A DNA stretch of 64,000 nucleotides from Opitutales bacterium (GTDB lineage Bacteria > Verrucomicrobiota > Verrucomicrobiia > Opitutales > JABSRG01), in the NCBI GenBank assembly GCA_049599475.1, contig JBMYOQ010000003.1:1-64000 (forward strand), in the 5' to 3' direction. Position 1 is the stretch's first letter; each line of letters opens with the position of its first letter. Of this stretch, positions 43,901 through 52,510 are shown piece by piece. The notes beneath the pieces were generated by a model. That model worked only from the letters and a program-made list of their open reading frames with translations, did no database searches and had not been told where the DNA came from. The translations under genes and the position numbers were made by a program.

Positions 43901-44315
43901 GAATGAGTGATTCTGTTGAAGGAATATTCGTATCACTTTCGACCCAAGAGCTACCTGCAGGAAACCAGCGCCCAGCATCGACATATTTTTTCAGTGTATC
44001 GAACTTCTCGGGGTAATATTCTTCCATCAACGAATACCGACTCGCTCCAGTCCAGTTGAAGGTGAAGTTTGGATACATTTCAAACGACACAAAATTCTCA
44101 TCCAAGGTATTTTTCAGAAAATCCCGTATCGTCTCTGTGTATGACCAGCGCCATACATCATCCAAGTGCGTATACGGGACGACAAACAGAGTGGGCTCTG
44201 ATAAATCAATCGAAGATGGGTCCGTGGGATACGTCACTTCTTGCGAAAACAATGTTTTGGGGGCGTTAGCGACCCCGATCGCTACCGCCCCAACCAATAG
44301 GGCACGGCGTAGCAT
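40902..44315 (-). CDS. Glycoside hydrolase family 38 alpha-mannosidase
   Basis: THLDDVWRW, ESLIRQLLHG, LPDCFGFP, TQKLTW, NQFHDILSGTSI, LRLTLLHSP. Confidence 0.92.
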   Translation of the reverse strand: MLRRALLVGAVAIGVANAPKTLFSQEVTYPTDPSSIDLSEPTLFVVPYTHLDDVWRWSYTETIRDFLKNTLDENFVSFEMYPNFTFNWTGASRYSLMEEYYPEKFDTLKKYVDAGRWFPAGSSWVESDTNIPSTESLIRQLLHGREYFSEMFGLESREFLLPDCFGFPVSLPSVLSHAGIRGFSTQKLTWKSANGIPFNIGRWIGPDGNWVIAALNAGDYAESHDEPYHNHKETLRRLRANERSSGLPIDYFYAGGGDRNNADRGGTVQKVTLESLERSLVEEGDINVVVGPSNLMFEAISDREAAGFPTWSSDLLLTEHSTGTLTSQSYTKKLNRDSELLVDAAERAAVSAKLLVGMAYPEQALDQAWGLLLRNQFHDILSGTSIPKAHSQAWNDGILALNQIDGVYSDAIGALAPLLDTDVPGLPLLVFNPRAREGVFTIESLLPDEFSGVEAITVYSADGQKLPTQLSQGWDGKPRLLFQAELPSVGAAVFSLREGGSRFESTLRVSKDSLENERYRVVMDAHGDISSIYDKFSSREILEKPAQLEFIANFPHRKPAWHIDWKDLKEPARSVASSPISMRVVEEGPVRVAIEVVREVENSLIAQRIRLYSGPESARVEVDNRIDWKSRGALLKAAFHFKASSSKATYHAGIGNMQRGNAHERMFEVPQQYWVDLTDESRDHGVSILTGHKYGSDKPDGNTLRLTLLHSPDTEDWEDEILDRGRTREMRWQDWGRHEFKYALISHDGDWRDGGIQEQAIEFEQRPSVFGVPRYAFADRTEFSLFESSHDQIRVQAIKKAENSDRIIVRLQELHGESLDDYKFKSSLPLSEATEVDGLERPLGIDVPVAGDAISLDFSPFELKTVSLKIESAESTKPRTRPVALSYDTDVFSTNDFREDGYWPRERVRGRKEAVAGSSGSFDGKGNTYPSEMIGDLVRLGNVEFEIGNTEPGGYNAIASRGQNIHLPKGSQVIHLLAAADVNTPVVFKAGEFELPVTVSGWFGYLGQWDNREFVGEVSDISYSLRNDLRRIAPAFAKTDRVAWYASHRHSWREDLYYEYGYLFSYRLEIPEGVNTLTLPNSPFVRIIAISVGDEGKANRLHSPYEDLHRDEQFRQGFDYPEQSISYRNLSLNLNEK

Positions 44316-44320
44316 GGGCC

Positions 44321-44671
44321 TCAGCGAGAACTCTCCTCCGAGATCGGGATTTCTTTAGATAGAGGAATTTCTTCACGGTAAAGCTGCGCGGCTTTACCGG
44401 ATAGGCGTAGATAGAAATCTGAGGGCAAGCCTTCATAATCGATGAGGACTCCCCCATTTCCAAATGGTGGATTATTCGAGCCATCACCAGGCGCGTTGAA
44501 CCAGCCCTGATATCCAGTCACCACCTTCCCCTTCATCGTGGTAGGATCGACTTCCTTCATTACCGGTCCGTCATAGGGCTTCAGTACGTCTTCCTTTGCA
44601 TGCGCCACGGAGAACAGGAGCGCGGCAAGGAGATTCACCATTATCAAAATTCGAGCGAGGGGGATATTCAT
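44321..44671 (-). pseudogene. Internally deleted GH71/99-like glycoside hydrolase remnant
   Basis: Signal peptide and N-terminal motif GKVVTGYQGWFNAPGDG joined directly to the C-terminal motif NPP...YEGLPSDFYLRLSG. Confidence 0.7.
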
Positions 44672-44954
44672 AGGAAGGAGCTAAAAGCCTATCAAATAGG
44701 CCCATCGCAGGCATGTTTGAGCCTGTCATTTCCAAGTCTATTTTGGCCAACCCCGCATACACCCAGGAAAGCATGCACCTGCCTCCCCTGCATTCACCCA
44801 GTTGGCAGACACAAGCATCGTCATGGCACAGAAAGACATGCAGTATTTGTAAATTATCGTAAAATCCGCAGACACTCGCGATTTCGATCATCCTCTCCCC
44901 CTATCGAGTCGTTAAGAGCAATCGACTCGGAATTCCAATAACCCATCTCAACCT

Positions 44955-46490
44955 ATGACAATCATCCCTAAATTCGGAGCCATCGCAGCGTGCGCGTTGA
45001 TAGCCCTCGGCTCATCAATCACCAATAGCGCATCCGCACAAGCATCAGCGGAGAAGCCCAACATCATCTTCTTCTCTTTCGATGATTTAAACGACTTCAT
45101 CAACCCGATGGGCTATACACAGGCGAAGACTCCTAATCTAGATCGACTCGCCAAGGCAGGGGTCACCTTCACCAACGCGCACACTCCAGCAACCTTCTGC
45201 GCGCCCGCTCGTACCGCTATTTTTACTGGACGCCATGCCACCACGACCGGTGCCTATGAAACGCAGGTATACTTTCACCAGCACCCAGACATCGTACCAA
45301 TGCAGCAGAGCTTCCAAAACGCCGGTTATGCGACCTTTGGCGGCGGCAAGCTCTTCCACCACCGCGAAGGCTTTATTGATATGCGAGGATGGGACGAATT
45401 TTTCATGCGCAATGAAGAGCTAAAGGCCGAAGGATGGTATATGAATTCATGGACCGAGGACACTCCGCTCCCTGGAGAATTCCCCGTGAGCACCTACAAC
45501 AAAAACCGAGTAGCCGAGGGAAGCCTAAAGCGGACAACCACTTTCCTGGAAATCGCAGCTATTCCCGATGATAAAGAAGAGGAAATGGCCGATACACGCC
45601 GTATCAATTGGGCCTGTGAAGTTCTTCAAAGAGATCACGATAAACCCTTCTTCCTTGGGGTTGGAATCTATGCACCTCATTTCCCGAACTACGCACCTCA
45701 AAAGTATTGGGATATGTATGACCGCGATTCACTCGAAATCCCACAATATACGGAAGGAGATCTTGATGACATCGGTAAAATGATCAGAAAGCAGAAGCAA
45801 AACCGTAAAAAGACCCACCATGATCGCCTGGTAAAATGGGGGCTGCTTCCCGAGACCTTTCATGCCTACCTAGCGTGCGTATCCTACGCAGATGCTATGC
45901 TCGGCCGCGTATTAGATTCCTTACAAAACAGCAAATATCGCGACAATACAGCCATCGTCATCTGGAGCGACCACGGCTACCACCAGGGGCAAAAAGGCGA
46001 ATGGGGAAAACACACGCTGTGGCAGCGCACGACAAACGTCCCCTTCATTTGGGCCGGAGCTGGCATTGCTAAAAATAAGAAAGTAAGTGCCACAGTCAGC
46101 CTTATCGACATGTATCCCACGTTCGTTGAAATGTGCGGCTTAGCTCCAGATCCCGGCCTCGAAGGCAAGAGCCTCGCATCGGCATTGAAAAATCCAGCGA
46201 GTGCCCAGGATCGTGATGTATTCGTCCCATGGCTACATCCAAACAGCTACACGGTGATCAATGAAAAGTGGCGCTACATCCACTATAGAGACGGTTCAGA
46301 GGAGCTCTACGACGTGCAAAACGACTTTGAGGAAATTCACAACCTAGCCGAATCTCCAGAGTATGATTCTATCAAAAATAAGCTGAAGCAATCGGCTCCG
46401 AAGAATCATGCAAAACCCGGCCCGAAAGCACGGAGCGATCTCAAGCTAGTGCTTAACGGCTTGGACTATCATTGGGAGAGCAAGAACTAA
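44955..46490 (+). CDS. Sulfatase (Cys-type, iduronate-2-sulfatase/choline-sulfatase-like)
   Basis: KPNIIFFSFDDLND, CAPAR, GKLFH, PFFLGVGIYAPH, WSDHGYH.G.K..WGKHTLW. Confidence 0.92.
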   Translation: MTIIPKFGAIAACALIALGSSITNSASAQASAEKPNIIFFSFDDLNDFINPMGYTQAKTPNLDRLAKAGVTFTNAHTPATFCAPARTAIFTGRHATTTGAYETQVYFHQHPDIVPMQQSFQNAGYATFGGGKLFHHREGFIDMRGWDEFFMRNEELKAEGWYMNSWTEDTPLPGEFPVSTYNKNRVAEGSLKRTTTFLEIAAIPDDKEEEMADTRRINWACEVLQRDHDKPFFLGVGIYAPHFPNYAPQKYWDMYDRDSLEIPQYTEGDLDDIGKMIRKQKQNRKKTHHDRLVKWGLLPETFHAYLACVSYADAMLGRVLDSLQNSKYRDNTAIVIWSDHGYHQGQKGEWGKHTLWQRTTNVPFIWAGAGIAKNKKVSATVSLIDMYPTFVEMCGLAPDPGLEGKSLASALKNPASAQDRDVFVPWLHPNSYTVINEKWRYIHYRDGSEELYDVQNDFEEIHNLAESPEYDSIKNKLKQSAPKNHAKPGPKARSDLKLVLNGLDYHWESKN

Positions 46491-46533
46491 GGCTCTCCGC
46501 CCATCCATCAACTCAGAGCCCCACTCAATAATC

Positions 46534-48054
46534 ATGAAACGCTTCTACACTCGTTTCACGGGAGCACTATGTCTCGTGCTCTCGTCATGCGCTCTTTCCC
46601 TAGCGGCGAAAGAAAAGCCAAACGTCCTATTCATCATCTTTGACGATCTCAATACGCGGGTATCCACCTCGGGCTACCCAAATATGATCACACCAAATTT
46701 TGATCGCCTGGCACGCGAGGGTATGACGTTTACGCGCGCCTACGCGAACTATCCTGTATGTGGCCCGTCTAGAGCATCCCTACTCAGCGGACTGTATCCA
46801 CAGTCGACCGGTGTAATCGACAACTACACGGACATACGCGAAACACGCCCTGGAACCATATCGTTGCCGCAAGCGTTCAAAGACCAGGGATATTGGACCG
46901 CATCAGTAGGTAAAGTATTCCACAATGAAAAGGCGAATCACAAAGAAGCCGCGTGGGATGAATTCCACTATTTCGAAAATGAAGAACTCCCCTTGGTGAC
47001 ACCGATCAGAGAGAAGTGGGAAGCAGAGAACGGAAAGATTGATGCGAATGGCAAGAATGCTCGGGCATGGCGAAAATTTGCACTTACCATCGCACCTCAG
47101 ACTGCTAATCAAAAACCAGGATGGGGCCCCACGGGCCTGAACGACGAAGACCACAAGGATGGTAAAAATGCCCGTCAGACAGTCTCATGGCTTAAAGAAA
47201 AAAGCTATGGCGAGAAACCATTCTTCATGGCTGTCGGCATCCATAAGCCGCACGGCCCGTATTTGGCGCCAGACAAATATTTTGAGATGTATCCAAAAGA
47301 AGAATTGGATATCAAACCCGCGTCCAATGCATACTGGGAAACGGTGAACCGCATGGCGATGACTCACCGCTACCGTGGCTTCGATTTCGAACTCGGAGTC
47401 GAAAACGATGCCCTACGTCGCGAATACACGCAGGCCTACCACGCATGTATCACTTTTGCGGACGCTCAAGTCGGCCTGATTTTCGACGCACTCAAGGAGA
47501 GTGGCGAATGGGACAACACCATTATCGTGATGACTTCGGACCACGGCTACCTTCTCGGAGAGAAGTTTATGTGGGGCAAAGTGATGCTCTGGGACATGGG
47601 CACCAAGGTCCCGATGATCGTGCGGGTTCCAGGGATGACACGCCCCGGCTCATCAAGCGATAGCATCGTCGAGCTCGTTGACATCTATCCTACCCTCACT
47701 CAGCTGGCAGGCCTCAGAGCTCCAGACAATCTTCAGGGTAAGAGCATGGTCCCGATCATCCAAAACCCAAAGGCAGATACCAAGGAATTCGCATATACTG
47801 TAGTTCGGCGTGCAGGAAATCTCGGTAAGACAATTATGAACGACCGCTACCACTACATGGCATGGCCCAATGGATCCGAGGAGCTCTATGACTTCGCAAA
47901 AGACCCAGAGGAAATGGTGAATCTCGTAAACTCCCCAGAACACACGGGCCAGCTCAAGCGCATGCGCGAAGAACTTAAGAATGTCGAAGCCTACGCCTTG
48001 AGCGAGAGCACCGAGCTCACACGAGCCGCCATCGACAAAGCCAACAACAGATAA
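46534..48054 (+). CDS. Sulfatase (Cys-type, iduronate-2-sulfatase-like)
   Basis: KPNVLFIIFDDLN, CGPSR, GKVFH, PFFMAVGIHKPH, TSDHGYLLGE. Confidence 0.92.
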   Translation: MKRFYTRFTGALCLVLSSCALSLAAKEKPNVLFIIFDDLNTRVSTSGYPNMITPNFDRLAREGMTFTRAYANYPVCGPSRASLLSGLYPQSTGVIDNYTDIRETRPGTISLPQAFKDQGYWTASVGKVFHNEKANHKEAAWDEFHYFENEELPLVTPIREKWEAENGKIDANGKNARAWRKFALTIAPQTANQKPGWGPTGLNDEDHKDGKNARQTVSWLKEKSYGEKPFFMAVGIHKPHGPYLAPDKYFEMYPKEELDIKPASNAYWETVNRMAMTHRYRGFDFELGVENDALRREYTQAYHACITFADAQVGLIFDALKESGEWDNTIIVMTSDHGYLLGEKFMWGKVMLWDMGTKVPMIVRVPGMTRPGSSSDSIVELVDIYPTLTQLAGLRAPDNLQGKSMVPIIQNPKADTKEFAYTVVRRAGNLGKTIMNDRYHYMAWPNGSEELYDFAKDPEEMVNLVNSPEHTGQLKRMREELKNVEAYALSESTELTRAAIDKANNR

Positions 48055-48084
48055 TTTAGAGAAACAGTCTCGAGAAAGACTCCG

Positions 48085-48141
48085 ATCCGCATGCCTCGGT
48101 CGCGTTCTAAGCGCCACTAGACGAGGGATGCGGATTTTTTT
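48085..48141 (+). terminator. Probable terminator after the sulfatase pair
   Basis: atccgcat-g-cctcg...cgagg-g-atgcggat followed by a T-run. Confidence 0.55.
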
Positions 48142-48345
48142 GCACTTGGGTTTCTAGGGATCGAACCGACATTCCTACTGTCACCTGAAACAGAGTCTAT
48201 CACCCAGGAATAAAAAACGACCGGCAATGTTTCACAGCGCAATCTTTTCAAATTCGATGAAACTTCATCGAATTTTCTTTGTTTATAATATTTACAAACC
48301 AATTTACGTTCTTAGAAAATGTAAACATCTAGTAATCTATCCGCA

Positions 48346-49596
48346 ATGCGCGCTTCCATCCCCTTCGCATTCATATTCATTTCCACCTCACTCGCCGCTA
48401 TGGGTGATGACTCCCTTGTCGTTGAGTCTCACTCGACGGACGCATCGGGATCTCTCATCCATTTCAGTCTCCCAGCGGATTCAAGCCTCGCCGGAGCAGA
48501 CTCCTTTGTCCTCGTCGAAAATGAGACAGGAGCCCGGTTACCGGCCCAGGGGACATCCGGTGATAATGCCTTCGTGGCACAGCTCGACTTGCCCTTTCCC
48601 GCTGATTCAAAGAAGCATTTTACAATCGACGCGAATGTCGAGGGCACCGACGGATCCTCATTCGAAATCACCGACGATGGTCTAGGGATCCAATTCGAAC
48701 AAGGAGCGCACCCCTTTCTTCGCTACAATTACAAAGCCGACCCAGAGCGCACGATCAACGGTATGGACCCCCAGCCCCAGGTGATTAAGCGATCAGGATA
48801 TATCGATCCGGTGTGGACTCCCTCGGGCCGGAAAGTCACCGAAGGTTTCCCTAGCTCCTACTTTCACCATCTAGGTGTTTGGGGTGCATGGGTGAATACG
48901 CGATACCAAGGGACCAGATTCGATTTCTGGAATCTAAAATCCCCTAAGGATATCGAGCTCGTATCATTTACCTCATGGGAAGAAGAGCCTCTGGCGGGGC
49001 CCGTGTTTTCAGGATTCGTTGCCAAGCATAGATATACGCTCCAACACCCCGAAGCGCTAGAAGTCCTGCTGGACGAAGCACTTCAAATAAAGGCATTCAC
49101 CACGAAGTTCGGCAACGCTTTCGACTATACACTCACCCAGGAGTGGCTCGCAGATGACCCCCTGGCACTTAAGAAACACCGTTATGGCGGCACCTTCGCC
49201 TGGCGCTATCCATCCTCTTGGGATGCTGAAAAAGGCTACGCGACATCTTCCGAAGGACACCGGCAAATGCTTTCAGGTGAAACGGGTGTCGACGCCACAC
49301 ACGCTCGCTGGATCAAAGTACATGCATTCGACGGAGACGCCCCCGTAGGCTTCCTAATGATGAGCCATCCCGATAATTTCCGTCATCCAGAACTGACACG
49401 CATGATGAACAATGGACCAGGACTCGGCGGCTACATCCACTTTACGCCTGTTCGTTCAGGAGCCTGGAAACTCGAAAAAGGCGATATCAACACCTTCAAA
49501 TACCGCGCAATCACCTTCGACGGTACACTTTCCGAAGAGAACGCCGAACTACTTTGGAAACAATACGCCGAACCTCCAAAAGTGACTTTCAAATAA
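48346..49596 (+). CDS. DUF6807 / 'PmoA-family'-like secreted protein
   Basis: RSGYIDPVWTPSG..VT, HHLGVWGAW, YGG, MSHPDNFRHP, YRAITFDG. Confidence 0.75.
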   Translation: MRASIPFAFIFISTSLAAMGDDSLVVESHSTDASGSLIHFSLPADSSLAGADSFVLVENETGARLPAQGTSGDNAFVAQLDLPFPADSKKHFTIDANVEGTDGSSFEITDDGLGIQFEQGAHPFLRYNYKADPERTINGMDPQPQVIKRSGYIDPVWTPSGRKVTEGFPSSYFHHLGVWGAWVNTRYQGTRFDFWNLKSPKDIELVSFTSWEEEPLAGPVFSGFVAKHRYTLQHPEALEVLLDEALQIKAFTTKFGNAFDYTLTQEWLADDPLALKKHRYGGTFAWRYPSSWDAEKGYATSSEGHRQMLSGETGVDATHARWIKVHAFDGDAPVGFLMMSHPDNFRHPELTRMMNNGPGLGGYIHFTPVRSGAWKLEKGDINTFKYRAITFDGTLSEENAELLWKQYAEPPKVTFK

Positions 49597-49615
49597 ATCC
49601 ATCACGAAAACCATC

Positions 49616-51061
49616 ATGAATCTCACCTCATCACGACGAAACTTCATCAAATCGAGCTCACTCCTCCTCGGTGGCACTCTCCTGTGCAGCGCTCAAGTAA
49701 CCGGGGCCAACCAACAGGTCCGAATCGCCATTGTGGGCATGCGATCCAAGGGGAAAGACCTTTTACGCCGATTCCTGAGGCTCCCCAATGTCAAAGTCGC
49801 GAGCCTCTGTGAGGTAGATTCGAACATTTTGGCGCAGGTGGCAAAGCAGTTCGATGGACAAATAGACGGTGCCACTCTCGACAAAGACTACCGCAAAGTC
49901 ATCGAGCGCAAGGATATCGACGCGGTGGTTTTAGCGACCCCCAACCACTGGCATGCGCTGCAAACCATTTGGGCCTGCCAAGCAGGCAAACACGTATACG
50001 TCGAGAAGCCAGCAGCACACTCTGTCTGGGAAGGCGAACTGATGGTAAAGGCGGCCCGCAAATACGACCGCATCGTCCAAGTAGGCCTACAAACCCGTTC
50101 AATGACGAGTGGCCCAGAAATCCGCGAATGGCTCAAGGAGGGCCACTTGGGAGAGATCAAGGCGATCCACGCAGTATTTTACAAGGACCGCAAGAGCGTA
50201 GGCATGCGCCCCACTCCTCTTGAAGTTCCTAGCCACATCGACTACGACCTCTGGCTTGGACCCGCAGAAGACCTACCGATCTACCGCGATTCTTTCCACT
50301 ATGATTGGCATTGGGAATGGAATACCGGTAATGGCGACCTTGGGAACATTGGCACCCATGTTGCCGACATCGCACGGATGTACCTGGGTGATCCCAAACC
50401 AAGCTGCAAAATGCTCACCTTTGGTAATCGTTTCCAATGGAACGATGCCGCCCAGACACCCAACATGCACGTAGCATCCTTCGACTTTGGGGGAATTCCC
50501 ATCATCCTGGAGGCTAACAATTTCAAATACGACGCAGAGGGTCGCCGGGCACTCAGCTACAGCCAAACTCGCAGGGGCCAAGTAGTGATCTGCGAAGGCG
50601 GTAAACTTGTGGGACATGGTCAGGGCAAAGCTTTCGACCTAGAAGGCAAGACCATCAAAAAATTTCCCGGGACGGAAAACCATCAGAAGAACTTCATCGA
50701 TGCGATCCTTTCCGGTAAAAACAGCGACCTGAACAGTGAAATGATCTCAGGACACGAATCCTGCACCCTGCCCGTAATGGCAGGCGCAGCCTATCAGGCC
50801 GGAAAACGAACATCCAGCGCAGAGCTGGCAGCCCAAGCAGAAGAAGGCTCCCCCTACCTCGTCGACGCATATAATCGCTACAAAGCACAATGCAATCGCC
50901 TAGGCATCGACCTGGAAAAGGAACAATGGGTGAGCAGCGGCTTCATGGATTACGATCACGATACGATCAAATTCACAAGCGGAGCCAACTTGAGTGCTGC
51001 AAACGGCTTCATGAAGCGGAAGAAATACCGCGAACCCTACGTGGTAAGCGAGAACGTCTAG
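49616..51061 (+). CDS. Tat-exported Gfo/Idh/MocA oxidoreductase
   Basis: SRRNFIK, DIDAVVLATPNHWH, HVYVEKP, YDLWLGPA, GNGDLGNIGTH. Confidence 0.93.
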   Translation: MNLTSSRRNFIKSSSLLLGGTLLCSAQVTGANQQVRIAIVGMRSKGKDLLRRFLRLPNVKVASLCEVDSNILAQVAKQFDGQIDGATLDKDYRKVIERKDIDAVVLATPNHWHALQTIWACQAGKHVYVEKPAAHSVWEGELMVKAARKYDRIVQVGLQTRSMTSGPEIREWLKEGHLGEIKAIHAVFYKDRKSVGMRPTPLEVPSHIDYDLWLGPAEDLPIYRDSFHYDWHWEWNTGNGDLGNIGTHVADIARMYLGDPKPSCKMLTFGNRFQWNDAAQTPNMHVASFDFGGIPIILEANNFKYDAEGRRALSYSQTRRGQVVICEGGKLVGHGQGKAFDLEGKTIKKFPGTENHQKNFIDAILSGKNSDLNSEMISGHESCTLPVMAGAAYQAGKRTSSAELAAQAEEGSPYLVDAYNRYKAQCNRLGIDLEKEQWVSSGFMDYDHDTIKFTSGANLSAANGFMKRKKYREPYVVSENV

Positions 51062-51105
51062 AGTCACTCTCAAGAGTTCATACTGATTGATGCCTGACTG
51101 ATGCT

Positions 51106-51237
51106 GGAACGCCGCAAACTTCGATTTTCATACATTCGAAGGACAGACTCAGAGGGCTGATTGCGGCGTTCCCTGAAATGGACAGGGTCTCGACCCAATC
51201 CATTTCAGGCGCCTTGCACTAAGCCCTCTGAATTCTG
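51106..51237. repeat. Structured palindromic element A (ERIC/MITE-like or ncRNA)
   Basis: Stems 51106-51117/51161-51172 (12 bp), 51150-51158/51222-51230 and 51172-51182/51199-51209. Confidence 0.55.
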
Positions 51238-51318
51238 CCTATTTAATCAAGATTTTAGAGATTCGGTATTAGACCAGTATACTCTTATCCTGAGCTTATG
51301 GGAGAGACACAGTGCTGG

Positions 51319-51392
51319 AATGGCGCTGCGTTTAGGATGATGTCATCGGTAGCGGCCGCTACCGATGAAATCATCCTAAACTCAGCGCCATT
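51319..51392. repeat. 74-bp near-perfect loopless palindrome
   Basis: aatggcgctgcgtttaggatgatgtcatcggtagcgg|ccgctaccgatgaaatcatcctaaactcagcgccatt, two mismatched pairs. Confidence 0.85.
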
Positions 51393-51549
51393 GCTCCGCC
51401 ATCTCCGGTAAGCCTACGTCCGCTGTCCTCAGCGTCGACAGAGCCAACACCGAAAAAGACATGCCCCCAGAATAGTTGAGGATTTCCAACATCATCCGAA
51501 CTATTCTAATCAAGCCTTTGTCACTATCTTCTAGATACAAAAAGACCTA

Positions 51550-52491
51550 TCAGTTAGCCAATGTAGCCTGACGCTCGTATGCGGTCCATACCGCCTCTGC
51601 TGCGTCCGCAGACAGACTTCCGTCATAGACGAAGACTCCGTAATTTCGCCGATATTCTTTTTGAGGTTCGAGCACCCAAGATCGCTCTTGTACCGAATTC
51701 ATATTTACAAAAATAGCTCCGTTTCTGCGCTTGGAATTCCAAGTCCTTAAGAGTTCGGGGTAATCAAAGTTGTTCGGGTGAGTCATTAGGAGGATACCTG
51801 CGGTTGAACCCGTATCGGTAAGGCCCTGGATGCGCACCCATCTGGCCCGCGACCCGTCCGCCTTATCGTAGCTCAAACCTTCGCTCGTAAGTACCGTGCT
51901 ATTCTCTTTATTCCAGAATGGAGTCCCTCTGAGCGAGAAGCCACTGTATCGATAATTGAATACTGTAACAGGAGTATCCACTGTGGGTGCCTGAACAATC
52001 CCAAGATTGAGCAAATACCCATCTACCGTATCGTTAAAATCTCGAACTACCGATACATCAAGCTGCTCAGTTAAAAGGCGCCGCGGCCCCTCAGGTGCCT
52101 TTCGGTCAAGATATTCGCTGAGCGCGAAAAAGCCTTTCTCCGTCACACGGCTCTCCACTGCGCGCACAATGCCGTCTCTTTGCTGTAATTCCCAACAAAG
52201 GATCTTTCGTCCTTCGACTTCGACAAACTTCCATGGCCACCACAGCCCAAAGTGATGTCGGTGGTCTGAAGGCTGAAGGTCGGTTACGACAAATCCCGAG
52301 GGAGTCTTCAATGGGTGAATAAAATTACTACCATTGAAATGCTTCCCTCCTTCTGGATTCACAAGCGGTTTGGCCTGATACGAAACAAGTGCTTGTCCAT
52401 CAACATCGATGGACAGGAGACCATCATTGGCAGCTGTTTCAGCAACTAAGAGTACCGCCAAGAGTGCGGCTAAATAGCATCGAGGGGACAT
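51550..52491 (-). CDS. DUF6807 / 'PmoA-family'-like protein
   Basis: SNFIHPLKTPSG..VT, DHRHHFGLWWPW, YRYSGFSLRG, MTHPNNFDYP. Confidence 0.75.
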   Translation of the reverse strand: MSPRCYLAALLAVLLVAETAANDGLLSIDVDGQALVSYQAKPLVNPEGGKHFNGSNFIHPLKTPSGFVVTDLQPSDHRHHFGLWWPWKFVEVEGRKILCWELQQRDGIVRAVESRVTEKGFFALSEYLDRKAPEGPRRLLTEQLDVSVVRDFNDTVDGYLLNLGIVQAPTVDTPVTVFNYRYSGFSLRGTPFWNKENSTVLTSEGLSYDKADGSRARWVRIQGLTDTGSTAGILLMTHPNNFDYPELLRTWNSKRRNGAIFVNMNSVQERSWVLEPQKEYRRNYGVFVYDGSLSADAAEAVWTAYERQATLAN

Positions 52492-52510
52492 GCTCAGAGA
52501 TCAAAAAATA

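Noticed and set aside
51106..51237. HDV-like ribozyme
   Set aside because: The stem order resembles P1/P2/P4, but there is no room for P3/L3 and the J4/2-equivalent is too long.
51319..51392. Protelomerase target or retron msd
   Set aside because: No protelomerase or reverse transcriptase in the window, and no recognisable similarity to known sites.
48346..52491. Particulate methane monooxygenase pmoA
   Set aside because: These are soluble beta-rich exported proteins. The 'PmoA family' label is a misleading family name, and there is no pmoB/pmoC.
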